Shown: in pieces, positions 20,555 through 31,437 of the stretch
How positions within the stretch are numbered: the first letter of the stretch is position 1
How the letters are laid out: every line of letters begins with the position of its first letter
Source: an uncultured Desulfosarcina sp.
Lineage (GTDB): Bacteria; Desulfobacterota; Desulfobacteria; Desulfobacterales; Desulfosarcinaceae
DNA: 64,000 nucleotides
Assembly (NCBI GenBank): GCA_963674945.2
Contig: CAXXWQ010000004.1
Span: 768,001 to 832,000, forward strand
Reading direction: 5' to 3'
The notes under the pieces: model-generated
The model's input: the letters and a program-made list of their open reading frames with translations, nothing else
Database searches by the model: none
What the model was told of the DNA's origin: nothing
Made by a program: the position numbers and the translations under genes

Positions 20555-21235
20555 ATGAAATCAATCCATTTGGCAATTTCACTATCGTTGATCGCGGGAT
20601 TGGCCCTTTTTGCCAATGCGCAGGATATTGAGAAGATCGTCGAAGGGATCGAAAAAAGCCCCTATTACGAAGCTGCCAAACAGTGCGTTAAACGAAATGA
20701 AAAGGAGATTACTCGAAACGTACAACTAAAGATTGATGAGAAGAAAGATGCTGTAGCTGCTATCAATGAACAATTAAGAGGGACATTCGTAGAATCAAAA
20801 ACGTCTGGCCCCGAGGATCCCAATGCCTGTTTTGACGCGCAATCCCGTATCTATATTTTTGTATCCCAGTCGATCCCCCTTTCAGTTCTCAAATCCTTTG
20901 CCGCTGACATCGACACCCTTGGAAGCGATAATATACGGCTTGTGTTCAAAGCATTCCCGAAGGACTTCTTGCATCGGTTTTTACAAAAAGACCACGGCTG
21001 CACGAATGAAAATTGTGTGGTCAAGGCAAAGGTTATCGTCGGCGAGAACCTTTTTAAACGGTTTGTGGTGGACAAGGTGCCGGCCGTGATCTTTGATCCC
21101 GACCCTACCAGCTCACATGAGGGCTGGCTGCTCGTTTATGGGGCAACATCCTTACATCAGGCATTGACGCTGTTTCATCGAGAGTCCGGCCGGCAAGAAC
21201 TGAAACTGGCTGCAAACCGGGCAGGTCAAAATTGA
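20555..21235 (+). CDS. trbC: TrbC-type F-pilus assembly protein
   Basis: Signal peptide, IYIFVSQSIP, LFKRFVVDKVPAVI, VYGATSL. Confidence 0.8.
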   Translation: MKSIHLAISLSLIAGLALFANAQDIEKIVEGIEKSPYYEAAKQCVKRNEKEITRNVQLKIDEKKDAVAAINEQLRGTFVESKTSGPEDPNACFDAQSRIYIFVSQSIPLSVLKSFAADIDTLGSDNIRLVFKAFPKDFLHRFLQKDHGCTNENCVVKAKVIVGENLFKRFVVDKVPAVIFDPDPTSSHEGWLLVYGATSLHQALTLFHRESGRQELKLAANRAGQN

Positions 21236-21696
21236 AATGGCCGAAACCAAACAAAAGATTATTCGGTTACATCATGCTACTTTGCATTTCGCTTGTCATC
21301 GGCATGATCATACCGACGCGTCTGACCATAACCAAAACCGATAGCGTTAAATATCATCTGTTCTGGGAGATCAATCGAAAGGCACTTGAAAAAGGAGATT
21401 ACGTGCGACTCCCCCTGTTCGAACCGGACGTGGGATGCGAACCTTGCAGCATCGTCAAGCGTGTCGGATGTCTTCCGGGAGATCGGTTGGTCAACGAGGA
21501 TATAGAGTACTTCTGCAATGATAATTATCTGGGACAGTGCAAAACAGGAAAAAATATCGTGCCATTTCGATTCTCCGGAACGGTGCCCCCAGGAATGGTT
21601 TTTCTGATAGGTGACAGGGATAACAGCTATGACTCTCGATATTTCGGGTTTAAATCGATTGCCGATATCGAAACGGTGCTGTTTCCTCTTTTTTAG
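21232..21696 (+). CDS. S26-family conjugative signal peptidase (TrhF-like)
   Basis: TDSV serine, IVKRVGCLPGD lysine, GD..NSYDSRYFG. Confidence 0.88.
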   Translation: MKWPKPNKRLFGYIMLLCISLVIGMIIPTRLTITKTDSVKYHLFWEINRKALEKGDYVRLPLFEPDVGCEPCSIVKRVGCLPGDRLVNEDIEYFCNDNYLGQCKTGKNIVPFRFSGTVPPGMVFLIGDRDNSYDSRYFGFKSIADIETVLFPLF

Positions 21697-22492
21697 TCTT
21701 CTTCTCATGGCACCTTGCGTATGGGCTGGAGAGACTTTCTGGGAGGATCGCCAAAGGGGATACTTTTGGTACGAAGACCCGCAAGAGCAGCCGACCCAAG
21801 AGCAAGAAGAAACGATCGAGGATAAACCAGTGAATAGCAACCCCCTACAAGATGAAAAGCCGGATCAATACACCTATGATGAACTTTTCGATTTGCATCC
21901 GGACCGATTTCAAGTGGTGATCGACGAAAGGCTCAAGCATGCTGTGCACCGTCCAACCGAAGTAAATGTGTTGCGGTTTTTAGAGGCTACCGACGTGGCC
22001 AAAAAGAAAAGTCGCCTTGTGGCCAATGTCGCCGGCTATGTGGCCATGCAAAACCCGCGGTTGACCGGCGAGTCCCGGTATCCCTATTCGCAGCCCGGTC
22101 GCAGCGCATACATTGAAAAGCGTAATAGCGAAGTCCAAACGACCCTGGAGGAATTCAAGGATCGATATGCCATCATCGCCTTCAACCAGATGGGGTGCGG
22201 CTATTGCCAGGCACAGGAAGAGATTCTGGCCTACTTCGAACATTTGAATGGCTGGACCGTGCGGCGGATCGACATCGCCGAAAACCCGGAACTGGCAACC
22301 AAATTTCGAGTCGAGACAACACCCACGTTGCTTCTGGTATCTCGGAGCACCCAAAAATCGCAGATCGTCTCTTCGGGTGTGATTTCGTTGGATCAGCTCA
22401 CCAAGCGCGTTTACCAGTTGATCCGTATGATGGAAGACCGTGCCGATCCGAAACAGTTCTATCAAATGGATTATCAAGAAGCCGCAAATTAA
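21659..22492 (+). CDS. traF: TraF thioredoxin-like pilus assembly protein
   Basis: RGYFWYEDP, AVHRPTEVNV, CGYC, VETTPTLLLV, GVISLDQL; start approximate. Confidence 0.88.
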   Translation: MPISKRCCFLFFSLLLMAPCVWAGETFWEDRQRGYFWYEDPQEQPTQEQEETIEDKPVNSNPLQDEKPDQYTYDELFDLHPDRFQVVIDERLKHAVHRPTEVNVLRFLEATDVAKKKSRLVANVAGYVAMQNPRLTGESRYPYSQPGRSAYIEKRNSEVQTTLEEFKDRYAIIAFNQMGCGYCQAQEEILAYFEHLNGWTVRRIDIAENPELATKFRVETTPTLLLVSRSTQKSQIVSSGVISLDQLTKRVYQLIRMMEDRADPKQFYQMDYQEAAN

Positions 22493-22505
22493 CGAGGTGA
22501 TATCC

Positions 22506-23921
22506 ATGAAAAAACGTTTGCTGATAAGCATGATCCTTGTCCTGGCGATGTCCGGAATTGCTTTCGCCGATGATTGGATCGACAACTGGATACAACAGGC
22601 GACCCATAGCGGCCCCAACATGTTTGAAAGCCAGAAACGGGGATATGCCTCGGCCGGGAGCCTGTCCCTTCGCTTTCGCAATGAAAATGATTATCTGGTG
22701 AGTGTTGCACCGCCTCGCTTTCGCGCCGGATGCGGTGGCATCGATATGTTTATGGGAAGCTTTGCCTACCTGGACGCCGAATATCTGATGGAAAAACTTG
22801 AACGTATCGCGGAAGGCGGGGTGGCGACCTTTGTCTACGATATCGCCATGTCGGTACTCTCCGAGCCAATCCAAAAATCGATGAAGTCATTGGAGGCAAT
22901 GGTGGATCGGCTCAATCAACTGCAGATCGATGACTGCCGGGCCGCCAAGGGTGTTGCGACCTATCTCAAAAGTACCTCCTCGGGAGAGGATCAATCCGAA
23001 GCCCTTCAGAAATTTCTCATCGAGAGCGGGATCCATGAATTTTACCAGGGCTCTCAGGATGAGTACAATCATGCCAACACTCAGCAGGTCATGCAGGCGA
23101 CCGGGGTTTCGGTAAACGATATGACCGCCGGCTGCCCCGAAGAGATGCGACGGGTATTTTTCAGAAACGGTTCGCTGTTGGCCAACGTCGCAATGGAAAA
23201 CAATATTCCTGAATCCCAGACCCGGATCATGTCTGCCTTTGTAGGTGACGTGCTGATCGACAACGGCAATTATTTCATGGTCGGTCCTTGCTACAACGAC
23301 CCCGGGGATGTGGATGCGCTGATCTTTGGTGACCTCATCACCCGAAATACCACCAACGAGTGCAGGCAATTGGATCACATCCGAATCAACGGCGTGAACT
23401 ATGACTCTCTCTACGATTGGTCCTATGCCATGATCGGTGAGATTATCACGGCCATCGGCACGAAAGCGGATCTATCCGCTACGGCGCAGTCCTTTATCGA
23501 AAGCATGCCCTCTCCGTTGTATATGCTGATCCTAAACGACATCATGGCCGTTGGGGATTTGAACAATGCAGAAGAGATCTCCGGCCGTCTTTCATACGTG
23601 TGTGCCCTTTCCTATGCCTACCAGATGAGCAAGTCGCTTTTGTTCAACACCTACAAACTCTATCACGATGCCATGCGCATCGCGCACAATCAGTTGGGGC
23701 CGAATGCCGGAGGAAGATGTGTCCAGCAACTCGTCGAACAGCCGGCAAGCTACATCGAAACCATACTGGGCCGATTGGACAGCATGTACGGCTATCTCGA
23801 AGAAGCCTATGGCGCTTCATTGCAGCGAATCACCAACGGCCTGGAGCAGGAAAGATTGATCCAGGCCAGAAGTGATCGTCTGGATCGTGTCTCTTTCGAC
23901 AAATCGGGGATACCCAAATGA
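22506..23921 (+). CDS. traH: TraH pilus assembly protein
   Basis: QKRGYASAGS, PPRFRAGCGGIDMFMGSF. Confidence 0.92.
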   Translation: MKKRLLISMILVLAMSGIAFADDWIDNWIQQATHSGPNMFESQKRGYASAGSLSLRFRNENDYLVSVAPPRFRAGCGGIDMFMGSFAYLDAEYLMEKLERIAEGGVATFVYDIAMSVLSEPIQKSMKSLEAMVDRLNQLQIDDCRAAKGVATYLKSTSSGEDQSEALQKFLIESGIHEFYQGSQDEYNHANTQQVMQATGVSVNDMTAGCPEEMRRVFFRNGSLLANVAMENNIPESQTRIMSAFVGDVLIDNGNYFMVGPCYNDPGDVDALIFGDLITRNTTNECRQLDHIRINGVNYDSLYDWSYAMIGEIITAIGTKADLSATAQSFIESMPSPLYMLILNDIMAVGDLNNAEEISGRLSYVCALSYAYQMSKSLLFNTYKLYHDAMRIAHNQLGPNAGGRCVQQLVEQPASYIETILGRLDSMYGYLEEAYGASLQRITNGLEQERLIQARSDRLDRVSFDKSGIPK

Positions 23922-26329
23922 AACGACTTTTCAAAATCCTTCCCCTGTTGATTGTACTCATGCCGGGCGCAGCCTTTGCTCAGGTTCCGGATACATTCAG
24001 GGAGTATGTCACCTATGGCGGTTTCCATTGCATCTATAACGCCTTGAGTCGCATCGCGCTGAGTTTTTCGGACAACTCCTATGAGGGGCTTTTCGTCGCA
24101 TTCATGGTGGTGGCCATCACCTTTTGGCTGGGTTGGGGCGCCATCGGCTATTTTAGAAATGGCAGTGCACTTGGTTTCATTTACATGGCGTTTACTATTT
24201 TATCCGGGTGTATCGTCTATTTCGCTTTAATCCGCCCCACAACATCCATGGTGGTGTATGACGAGCTTTTGAACGTTCATCAGGAGGTGGCGGACGTTCC
24301 CGAGGGTGTGGTTCTTCTGGCCGGCATGCAAAACAGTTTTACCCGCACCGTAACCGACATCATCTGGACATCTGCTAATCCGGAAGTGTACGACTATCGG
24401 CAAAACGCCAACGGGGATGTCTACAATATCGTTCGCCAGGTCTATAACGGAGAGATCGATATCTCTACCGAAAATGGAAACGGACGCTATATCAATGCCT
24501 CCTTGCGGCGCTTTTGCGAAGATTGCGTTACCTTCGAAATCCTCCGGCCCCAAAGTGATCTGAATGTCAACATGTTCGCCACCAGTTCGGATTTGACCGA
24601 ACTATTGGAAGCAGCGCAGAACCCGTCGGTATTCACGGTCTATTTCAGTGATGCCAATCGCACCGGCATAACGATGAGCTGTTCCGAAGCTTATGATCGA
24701 ATCGTCAGTGATCTGAACACCATCACCGACGTTTCCGATGAGAACATGAATTTCTGGCGAACCAAGTGCGCCGAGGCCGGGTACCATAACAGCACGGAAA
24801 TGGTTGGCCAGGACCAGATCGAACGCTGCATGGAAAGAACCACACAATTTTTATCCTACATCACCCAGGGTAACGTGGCTCCTTCGGAAGTCACCCGCAA
24901 CCTTCTGATCTCCCGTGAACTTTGGAACGCGGCTCTCAATGCCGATATCGCCACTCTCGGAGACTATAGAATCGGCACGGCCCTGTCGGGTGAAGCCATT
25001 TCTACGGATCGATGGCTGCCATTGATCAAAGAGGTCATGACCGCAATTTATTTAGGGCTGGTACCCTTTCTGGTCATTTTATTGCCGACACCGCTTTTGG
25101 ATCGAGTCGGTGGGCTGATCATCGGTTTTTTCTGTTTTCTGACGGCCTGGGAGGTCTGCGATGCCCTGATCCACAGTTTTGCCATGGATCATACCATCAA
25201 CTTCTTCGATGAAATTCGTCGCAACGGGCTCAGTTTTAAATCCATTGCCATGATGGAAAGCCACAGTCACCGATCCATGTTAATGTTCGGAAAGACCCGT
25301 GCTGCCACAATGATCCTGGCCGGCGTAATCTCTGGGGTAATCGCCAAGTTCGGTGGCGCGGCCCTGGCCCACTTTGCCAATACCATGAACTTCGGACATT
25401 TGGGTATCGAGGCGGCAACCCGAATCAATGACCCCTCTCAGCAGGCCAATGCCTTGGAGTCCTATGTCAAAACACCCGTTCCTGTTGAGACGCATCGCAA
25501 TCAGGGCTATCATGAGATGGTTCGCCTCGCCAATCTTGCATATGCCGGTAACGTATCGGGAAGTGACAATTTATTTACCGACAGTGACGGATCGTTCCCA
25601 ACCGCAGCTACCCATAAAGGCAGGGAAATGACCAATCGCACGCTCGATGGTTCGGCACGTTACTCTGCCGTCAACAAACAAGCCGGAATCAAGGACATGA
25701 ACGATCAGGACGCCCGCGAACTGATGCAGGAAAGCCAGGTGGCCAGCGGCCTGTCATCTGCGTCACGAGCCGAAAGTTTGGGTATGGAAGAGCATTACGA
25801 CCGGACAAGTACGGAAATGATCAGAAACGATTCTGCCTTGAAAGCATTTGGAAAAGATGGTGAACTAAGTGAAAGACAGGCTCAGGCGGGCACCATTCAG
25901 GGAACGCAGCAGCGCGGAACCTTGGATGCAAACCGCGCCATCGGCAATCAAGGGATATACCAGACGGCTCATACCGACACTGCCCGTCACAGCGCTCATT
26001 CCATCCTGGCAAACATTGTGGCAACGGATATTCTGCAAAATGGAGCCGTCAGCCAAAAAAACCGTGATCTTCTCAATCGATTGAATGAGGATCAGGATGT
26101 AAAGGGCTATCTTCAGACTGCCACACGTATGGATGTTTCTCCAAATGAAAATGAAGCCGATGCCCTGGCTTCCTATTTTGGTTCTCACGGTCATAGTTTT
26201 ACTTCTGGTATGCTACAAGGCTCACAGGTGAGTTTTAAAATGGCCTATGATCCGAAAAGCGGAGACATCATTCCATCTAACATCGACGTTTCGACCGGTG
26301 CTGGTTTCCACAGTTTTGGTCAATACTTT

Positions 26330-28785
26330 CAGGAAACTTGATTTCCTAATTGTTGCATATGGCAAGCAAAACATAATGTAAGTGGTTGAAAAACAGAAAG
26401 ATAGGAGTCTGAATCCAGCAGGCCGGTAAGGTATTGCAACCGGAAAATGAACATGGCACCTTTAACCTTATTATCTTGGCGGATAAATGAAAGGAAAAGG
26501 ATGCCATGCCTCAACAGATACTACCACTTATTCCTCGCGGTGCAAGACAAATCAACGGGCTTGTCAGTGTATTTCGTGACGATACGACCTGGACCTATTT
26601 TCTATCGACCGTTCCGATTTATTCTCACAGACAAGGCGATCAACGAATGTTTCGGATGATAACAGCCCAACTGGTTGAATCCGGAGCTTGCCGCCAGATC
26701 GATATCCAAAACACATTCGGCGTATCCAAGAGCAATGTCATCCGATCCGTGAACAAACTCAGGTCCGGCGGCGCCGAGGCATTTTTCGTTCAGCGGCGGG
26801 GACGACGCGGCGGCAAGGTTTTCAAACCTGAGGTGCTTGAACAAGCCCAACGTTTACTGGATCAAGGGTGCTCGAAAAAAGATGCCGCCCTGGAACTTGG
26901 CATTAAATACGATACGTTTCGCAAAGCTATAGATGATGGTCGGTTAATCGAATCAAGGATTGGTGAACCGTGTCTAACCAAATCAGATCGGGACATGGTC
27001 GACATGGCTGCTGCCGATGGTATGGGGACGGCTTGCAACCGAGTCGGGGAACGCATATTGGCATCATTGGGCAAAATGGTTGGTGCGCCGGTTCGTTTTG
27101 ACAGATGCCTGGACGTTCCCAAAGCAGGCGTTCTTTGTGCGATACCGTCATTGGTGGCAAACGGGTTGTTTACCGGCGCAAAACAGTTCCTCGGCCAAGT
27201 CAAAGGCTATTACACGATCTTTCATGTCTTGTTGCTGCTTTCGTTTATGGCCTTATGCAGGATCAAGACGACAGAAAAAATACGAGGCCATGCTCCGGGA
27301 GAATTTGGTAAGTTATTGGGCTTGGATCGTGCACCGGAGGTTCGCTGTTTGCGTTACAAGATGGATGCGTTGAGCGCAGACCACGGCGCGGAAAAGTGGG
27401 CCGCATACCTCGGTAAATACTGGATGGAACAGGCGCCCGAATCGGTTGGCGCGCTTTATGTTGACGGGCATGTACGTGTTTATCATGGAAAATTGACCCG
27501 ACTACCGCGCCGCTACGTGTCCCGGGAACGATTGTGCATGAGGGGCATTACCGACTATTGGGTTAACGATGCGATTGGCCGACCTTTTTTTGTCGTCGAA
27601 AAGCAGATCGATCCTGGATTATTGGCGGTTTTAAGAGACGATATCGTTCCCCGGTTGTTGCAAGACGTTCCGAATCAACCCGGTTTGCAGCAACTACAAG
27701 AGAACCCATGTTTATGCCGGTTCGTTCTTGTTTTCGACAGGGAAGGATATAGTCCCGCATTCTTCAAGGAAATGTGGGATCGCCATCGAATCGGCTGCAT
27801 GACGTATCATAAGCATCCTGGTGAATCATGGCCGGAGCATTGGTTCACCGAGTATGAAGTTGCGATGCCAAACAAAGAGGTGGTGAAGATGCGGCTTTGC
27901 GAAATGGGTAGTTTGGTGGGATCTGGTAAGGGTGCAACATGGATGCGACAAGTGCGAAAACTGACCGATTCCGGACACCAGACCAGCGTAATCAGCACCG
28001 CTTTCGATTTGCCGCATACTCAATTGGCAGCACGCATGTTCAGCCGGTGGTGTCAGGAAAACTTTTTCAACTATATGATGCAACATTTTGATATCGATGT
28101 GCTTTTAGATTATGGTGTCGTTGAATTTCCTGATACCGAACGGGTAATCAACCCCGTTTGGCGGCAATTGAATCAATCCCGTAATTCGTTGCAGAACAAG
28201 CTACGATATCGTCGTGCCTGTTTTGCCGAGATGACCATTCACCCTGAAAATGAAGACAAACCGGTAAAGTTTAAGAAGTGGATAGAGAAAAAGGCCGAGC
28301 TGTTAGAAGAAATCGAAAAGATGGAGTATCAACTCAGCGAGTTGAAAGAAAAACGAAAACAGACAAGTAAACACATCACGTGGGGAGAACTTGAAGCAAA
28401 AGATAAATTTTTACGTTTACAACCGGGCAGAAAACGCCTGATGGACACGGTTCGTATGATTGCATATCGTGCAGAGACGGCAATGGTTGGGTTGCTCACG
28501 GGTCCGACGGTAAACTCGTCGGATGCACGGAGTCTTCTCCAGACACTGTTCCAGACCGAAGGCGATGTACTGCCCGATATTGAAAATCAGCAATTGAATA
28601 TACGATTGCACGGCGCTTCGTTCCCAGCGGCCAATCGGGCTCTTTGCCAACTGTTTGCGCATCTGAACAGTGCGCAGGTAAAATACCCCGGTACCGAGCT
28701 GCAAATGATATTCGAACTAAATGGCTGCAGCACCTCAAATCATGCCGGAGGTGTCACATAGTTTTCCCGGAGATGCAGTGTTCTG
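26330..28785 (+). mobile_element. 2456-bp insertion sequence, family unassigned
   Basis: ACTTT target duplication (26325-26329, 28786-28790); imperfect terminal IR CAGGAAACTTGATTTCC vs CAGAACACTGCATCTCC. Confidence 0.88.
26506..28761 (+). CDS. Large DDE transposase with N-terminal HTH domains
   Basis: YVDGH, FDREG, RWCQENFF putative D-D-E; fills the element. Confidence 0.85.
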   Translation: MPQQILPLIPRGARQINGLVSVFRDDTTWTYFLSTVPIYSHRQGDQRMFRMITAQLVESGACRQIDIQNTFGVSKSNVIRSVNKLRSGGAEAFFVQRRGRRGGKVFKPEVLEQAQRLLDQGCSKKDAALELGIKYDTFRKAIDDGRLIESRIGEPCLTKSDRDMVDMAAADGMGTACNRVGERILASLGKMVGAPVRFDRCLDVPKAGVLCAIPSLVANGLFTGAKQFLGQVKGYYTIFHVLLLLSFMALCRIKTTEKIRGHAPGEFGKLLGLDRAPEVRCLRYKMDALSADHGAEKWAAYLGKYWMEQAPESVGALYVDGHVRVYHGKLTRLPRRYVSRERLCMRGITDYWVNDAIGRPFFVVEKQIDPGLLAVLRDDIVPRLLQDVPNQPGLQQLQENPCLCRFVLVFDREGYSPAFFKEMWDRHRIGCMTYHKHPGESWPEHWFTEYEVAMPNKEVVKMRLCEMGSLVGSGKGATWMRQVRKLTDSGHQTSVISTAFDLPHTQLAARMFSRWCQENFFNYMMQHFDIDVLLDYGVVEFPDTERVINPVWRQLNQSRNSLQNKLRYRRACFAEMTIHPENEDKPVKFKKWIEKKAELLEEIEKMEYQLSELKEKRKQTSKHITWGELEAKDKFLRLQPGRKRLMDTVRMIAYRAETAMVGLLTGPTVNSSDARSLLQTLFQTEGDVLPDIENQQLNIRLHGASFPAANRALCQLFAHLNSAQVKYPGTELQMIFELNGCSTSNHAGGVT

Positions 28786-29589
28786 ACTTTGAGCGACCCA
28801 TTACGCCTGCTCAACCTTATGTCCTGGCCAATCCTTCCTCGGGAGACACCGTGACCATCACATCCGGAAGGGTTTACGGGCAATCCGGTGTTTACCAGCA
28901 GGCCGAAGGATTTATGTCTGACGGCACACCGGTTAGTATGGGTTCTTCCGATGGCCATGTTATGGACCGCATGTCACTGGGTGAAAGGTTCAATGGCTTT
29001 GGGACGCCGTATGTTCTTTCTCGCCTGGGCCAGGGTATTGATACGATGGTCAGAGGGGTTGATCTTACAGATGCGTCACAACGTGCTGAAGTAGTTCCGC
29101 AAATAGCAAAGGCGGTCTCGTCTAATTTTATCTCCGCCAATCAGAACTATCTGGACCAAGTAACTTCCTCATTAGGTGGTTCTCTTGGTTTGGGGACAGG
29201 CAAAATCATCGGTGCCTCCGGCAGTGCCGGTGTAACGTTCTCCAAGCGTGATCTGACCGAACTATCCCAAAACGTGATAACCCAACGCCTTATGGATGTG
29301 ACCGCAAATGCCTCTACCAATCAGATTGCCAGAGAAGCGCTCCAATATGAAGTCAGCGCAATGACAGCCAACAACTACAGATATATGAAATCAGCCATCA
29401 AAGAGTATAGCCAGAATCACATCAAGGATATGGCCAGTGATGCTGTTGATAAAATGAAAAATGGTCCAAAGGATTTCGATAAGAATATCAAAGACATGAA
29501 CGAAAATCTAAAAGGCTGGGATGATATAGGCATGTGATTGGTTTACAGGACAAGGAGGCAAAAACAACAGATGAATTTGGAGGACTTAA

Positions 29590-29826
29590 ATGAGTGACAA
29601 TACATATTTTCTCATAATGATCCTTTTTTTGGCTATTTTCATTCTGGGTTTCATCTATCGATTGTTATTTAATCGATTTAAATCAAAAGGCGATAAAAAT
29701 GCGATAGAACCAACCTCAACTCAGGATATTGAGAAGGAATTCGATGATGATCCCGTCATAAATCCCGGCTATTCCTCTCTTAATTGCAATGTCTTTCACA
29801 AAGACCGTTACGATAGTAATGATTAA
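29590..29826 (+). CDS. Small single-TM protein downstream of traG
   Basis: GGAGG RBS, hydrophobic N-terminus, acidic tail DDDPVINPGYSSL. Confidence 0.65.
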   Translation: MSDNTYFLIMILFLAIFILGFIYRLLFNRFKSKGDKNAIEPTSTQDIEKEFDDDPVINPGYSSLNCNVFHKDRYDSND

Positions 29827-30292
29827 ACCTACTCACTCCACAGGACTTTACTGGAAAGCAGACAGCTTGTCCAACATACTGAATACAATAGTGATGATTT
29901 GTTTTCTATGTGGAGTTCTCGGTTGCGGAGGGGCTTCGGATTCCTCAATTACAGACAATATCTCTCAACCTAAAAATGGCCCACTGGCAGGTATTTGGAT
30001 TGGATCGACAAACGGAGTTACACACACAATTACCATCGACGGTCAGGGTAACATCTATGTTGCGGCATGGGATACGAGCGACGCGTGCTTTACGAGTGAC
30101 TCCGGTACAACCGTTCATTTAGACAGCCATGTTGAGATTCTTTGCAGCGGTTATGATGACGATCGACAACGCTACCTTTATTTAAGCATTTATGGTGAAT
30201 ACGACGGTGAGGATACCATCGACGGCCAAGTGTACGCCGAAGAGTGTGGTGCCCGTGATGAACCGATCATTTTAAACCGCTTGGTGGATTAG
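29819..30292 (+). CDS. Hypothetical lipoprotein
   Basis: Hydrophobic stretch ending VLGC followed by GGASDSS; start uncertain. Confidence 0.55.
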   Translation: MIKPTHSTGLYWKADSLSNILNTIVMICFLCGVLGCGGASDSSITDNISQPKNGPLAGIWIGSTNGVTHTITIDGQGNIYVAAWDTSDACFTSDSGTTVHLDSHVEILCSGYDDDRQRYLYLSIYGEYDGEDTIDGQVYAEECGARDEPIILNRLVD

Positions 30293-30329
30293 GTTCAGGC
30301 ATTATAAGGCTAACAGGATTGCTGACTTC

Positions 30330-31043
30330 ATGGATCATTTATCCAAACATCTGAACGAAACCGCAGAACGAGTGGCCTACCAGGCCGTCGAAGCTGCTAT
30401 CATCGAGTATTTTCAGGTACGAGACTGTATTGTCAATTTTGATACCCAATGTGCCTGTATCCTGTTCGATCCGTTCGTTCATAAAAAATGGATCGGTAGG
30501 TTCAATGGACATGTCGATACCTTTGGTTCAACTGAAATTCCCCTTTCGGTTCCTCTGAAACTATTACCTCCCCAAATCAGGCAAATGACACGGCCTATCT
30601 TGGAACATCTTATGGCGGGACAGGAGGTTCTGGCATCGTATCTCAAGTGGAAACCACTTGAACGCAAGATTGTACCAGGGACATTCACCGAGGAGCACCA
30701 GAATCACTATAAGATTAGTTTAAAGGGAGAAACAGGTATATTGAATCACCGGGATGGAATCAAAAGCGAAAACTATTCACTCGGCGAAACCCACCTCTTC
30801 CATGTTAAGCGAGTGCGGATGGGAAATGAACATGTCCGGATTCATCTCTCGAGAAGGTCCAAAACAATACAGGAGTATGTGCTCACGAGAGAATTCCCCA
30901 AGTACAAGTTCAAATGTTATCGGCGTTTGCCGGGTATCAAATCCTGGATTCGAACAACGGCGCCCCGTTATCGATGGGGCTTGTTTCTTTCCAAGGAGAT
31001 TCGCAAATCCCTGGCATGGGAATACCTTCAGTTTTTTTCTTGA
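30330..31043 (+). CDS. NusA-like protein (N-domain, S1 domain, partial KH)
   Basis: IVPGT..YKISL.GETGIL...DGIKSENYSLGE...FHVKRV....VRIHLSR and RRLPGIKS parallel the NusA S1-KH1 pattern. Confidence 0.7.
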   Translation: MDHLSKHLNETAERVAYQAVEAAIIEYFQVRDCIVNFDTQCACILFDPFVHKKWIGRFNGHVDTFGSTEIPLSVPLKLLPPQIRQMTRPILEHLMAGQEVLASYLKWKPLERKIVPGTFTEEHQNHYKISLKGETGILNHRDGIKSENYSLGETHLFHVKRVRMGNEHVRIHLSRRSKTIQEYVLTREFPKYKFKCYRRLPGIKSWIRTTAPRYRWGLFLSKEIRKSLAWEYLQFFS

Positions 31044-31059
31044 GAAAAAGGAGTCTGCT

Positions 31060-31425
31060 ATGACGGAAACACAAAAAGATGCCAAAAAAGGCCCGGCAAA
31101 AGGAAGGGATTATTTTATTGAAATGGCCAAGCATCCACGTTCCCGGGTCATCATGGCCAACACCTCGGACACGTATATGATGGCCGACATAACCCGCCAG
31201 GGAGACATCATCATCAGCAGGCTCAGGGACGAATTGATGCGATCGGTTACCATCGAAGATTTTTCCGGCTATATGGATGAATACTATAAAATAATATTCA
31301 GTCTCGAAGACCACCTGCAATTCATTGGGTCCAGAGTAGGCATCGATTATCGTCCATCACGCACCTACAGATCCATGCAAAAAAATAAAGATCAATCATC
31401 GATGACTCCCCTTACGGAATCTTAA
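31060..31425 (+). CDS. Hypothetical protein
   Basis: AAGGAG RBS before ATG 31060; operonic spacing. Confidence 0.65.
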   Translation: MTETQKDAKKGPAKGRDYFIEMAKHPRSRVIMANTSDTYMMADITRQGDIIISRLRDELMRSVTIEDFSGYMDEYYKIIFSLEDHLQFIGSRVGIDYRPSRTYRSMQKNKDQSSMTPLTES

Positions 31426-31437
31426 AAAGACCACGGC

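Larger units (their letters stand above)
23918..29537 (+). pseudogene. traG: TraG, split by an IS (segments 23918-26329 and 28791-29537)
   Basis: TraG N-terminal membrane domain after traH; removing 26330-28790 restores the frame ...SFGQYF-ERPITPAQP... Confidence 0.88.

Noticed and set aside
28644..29537. Independent 297-aa gene
   Set aside because: It is the traG 3' part read in from IS sequence
30754..31059. N-terminal extension of the 223-aa ORF
   Set aside because: It overlaps the NusA-like gene; a strong RBS precedes ATG 31060
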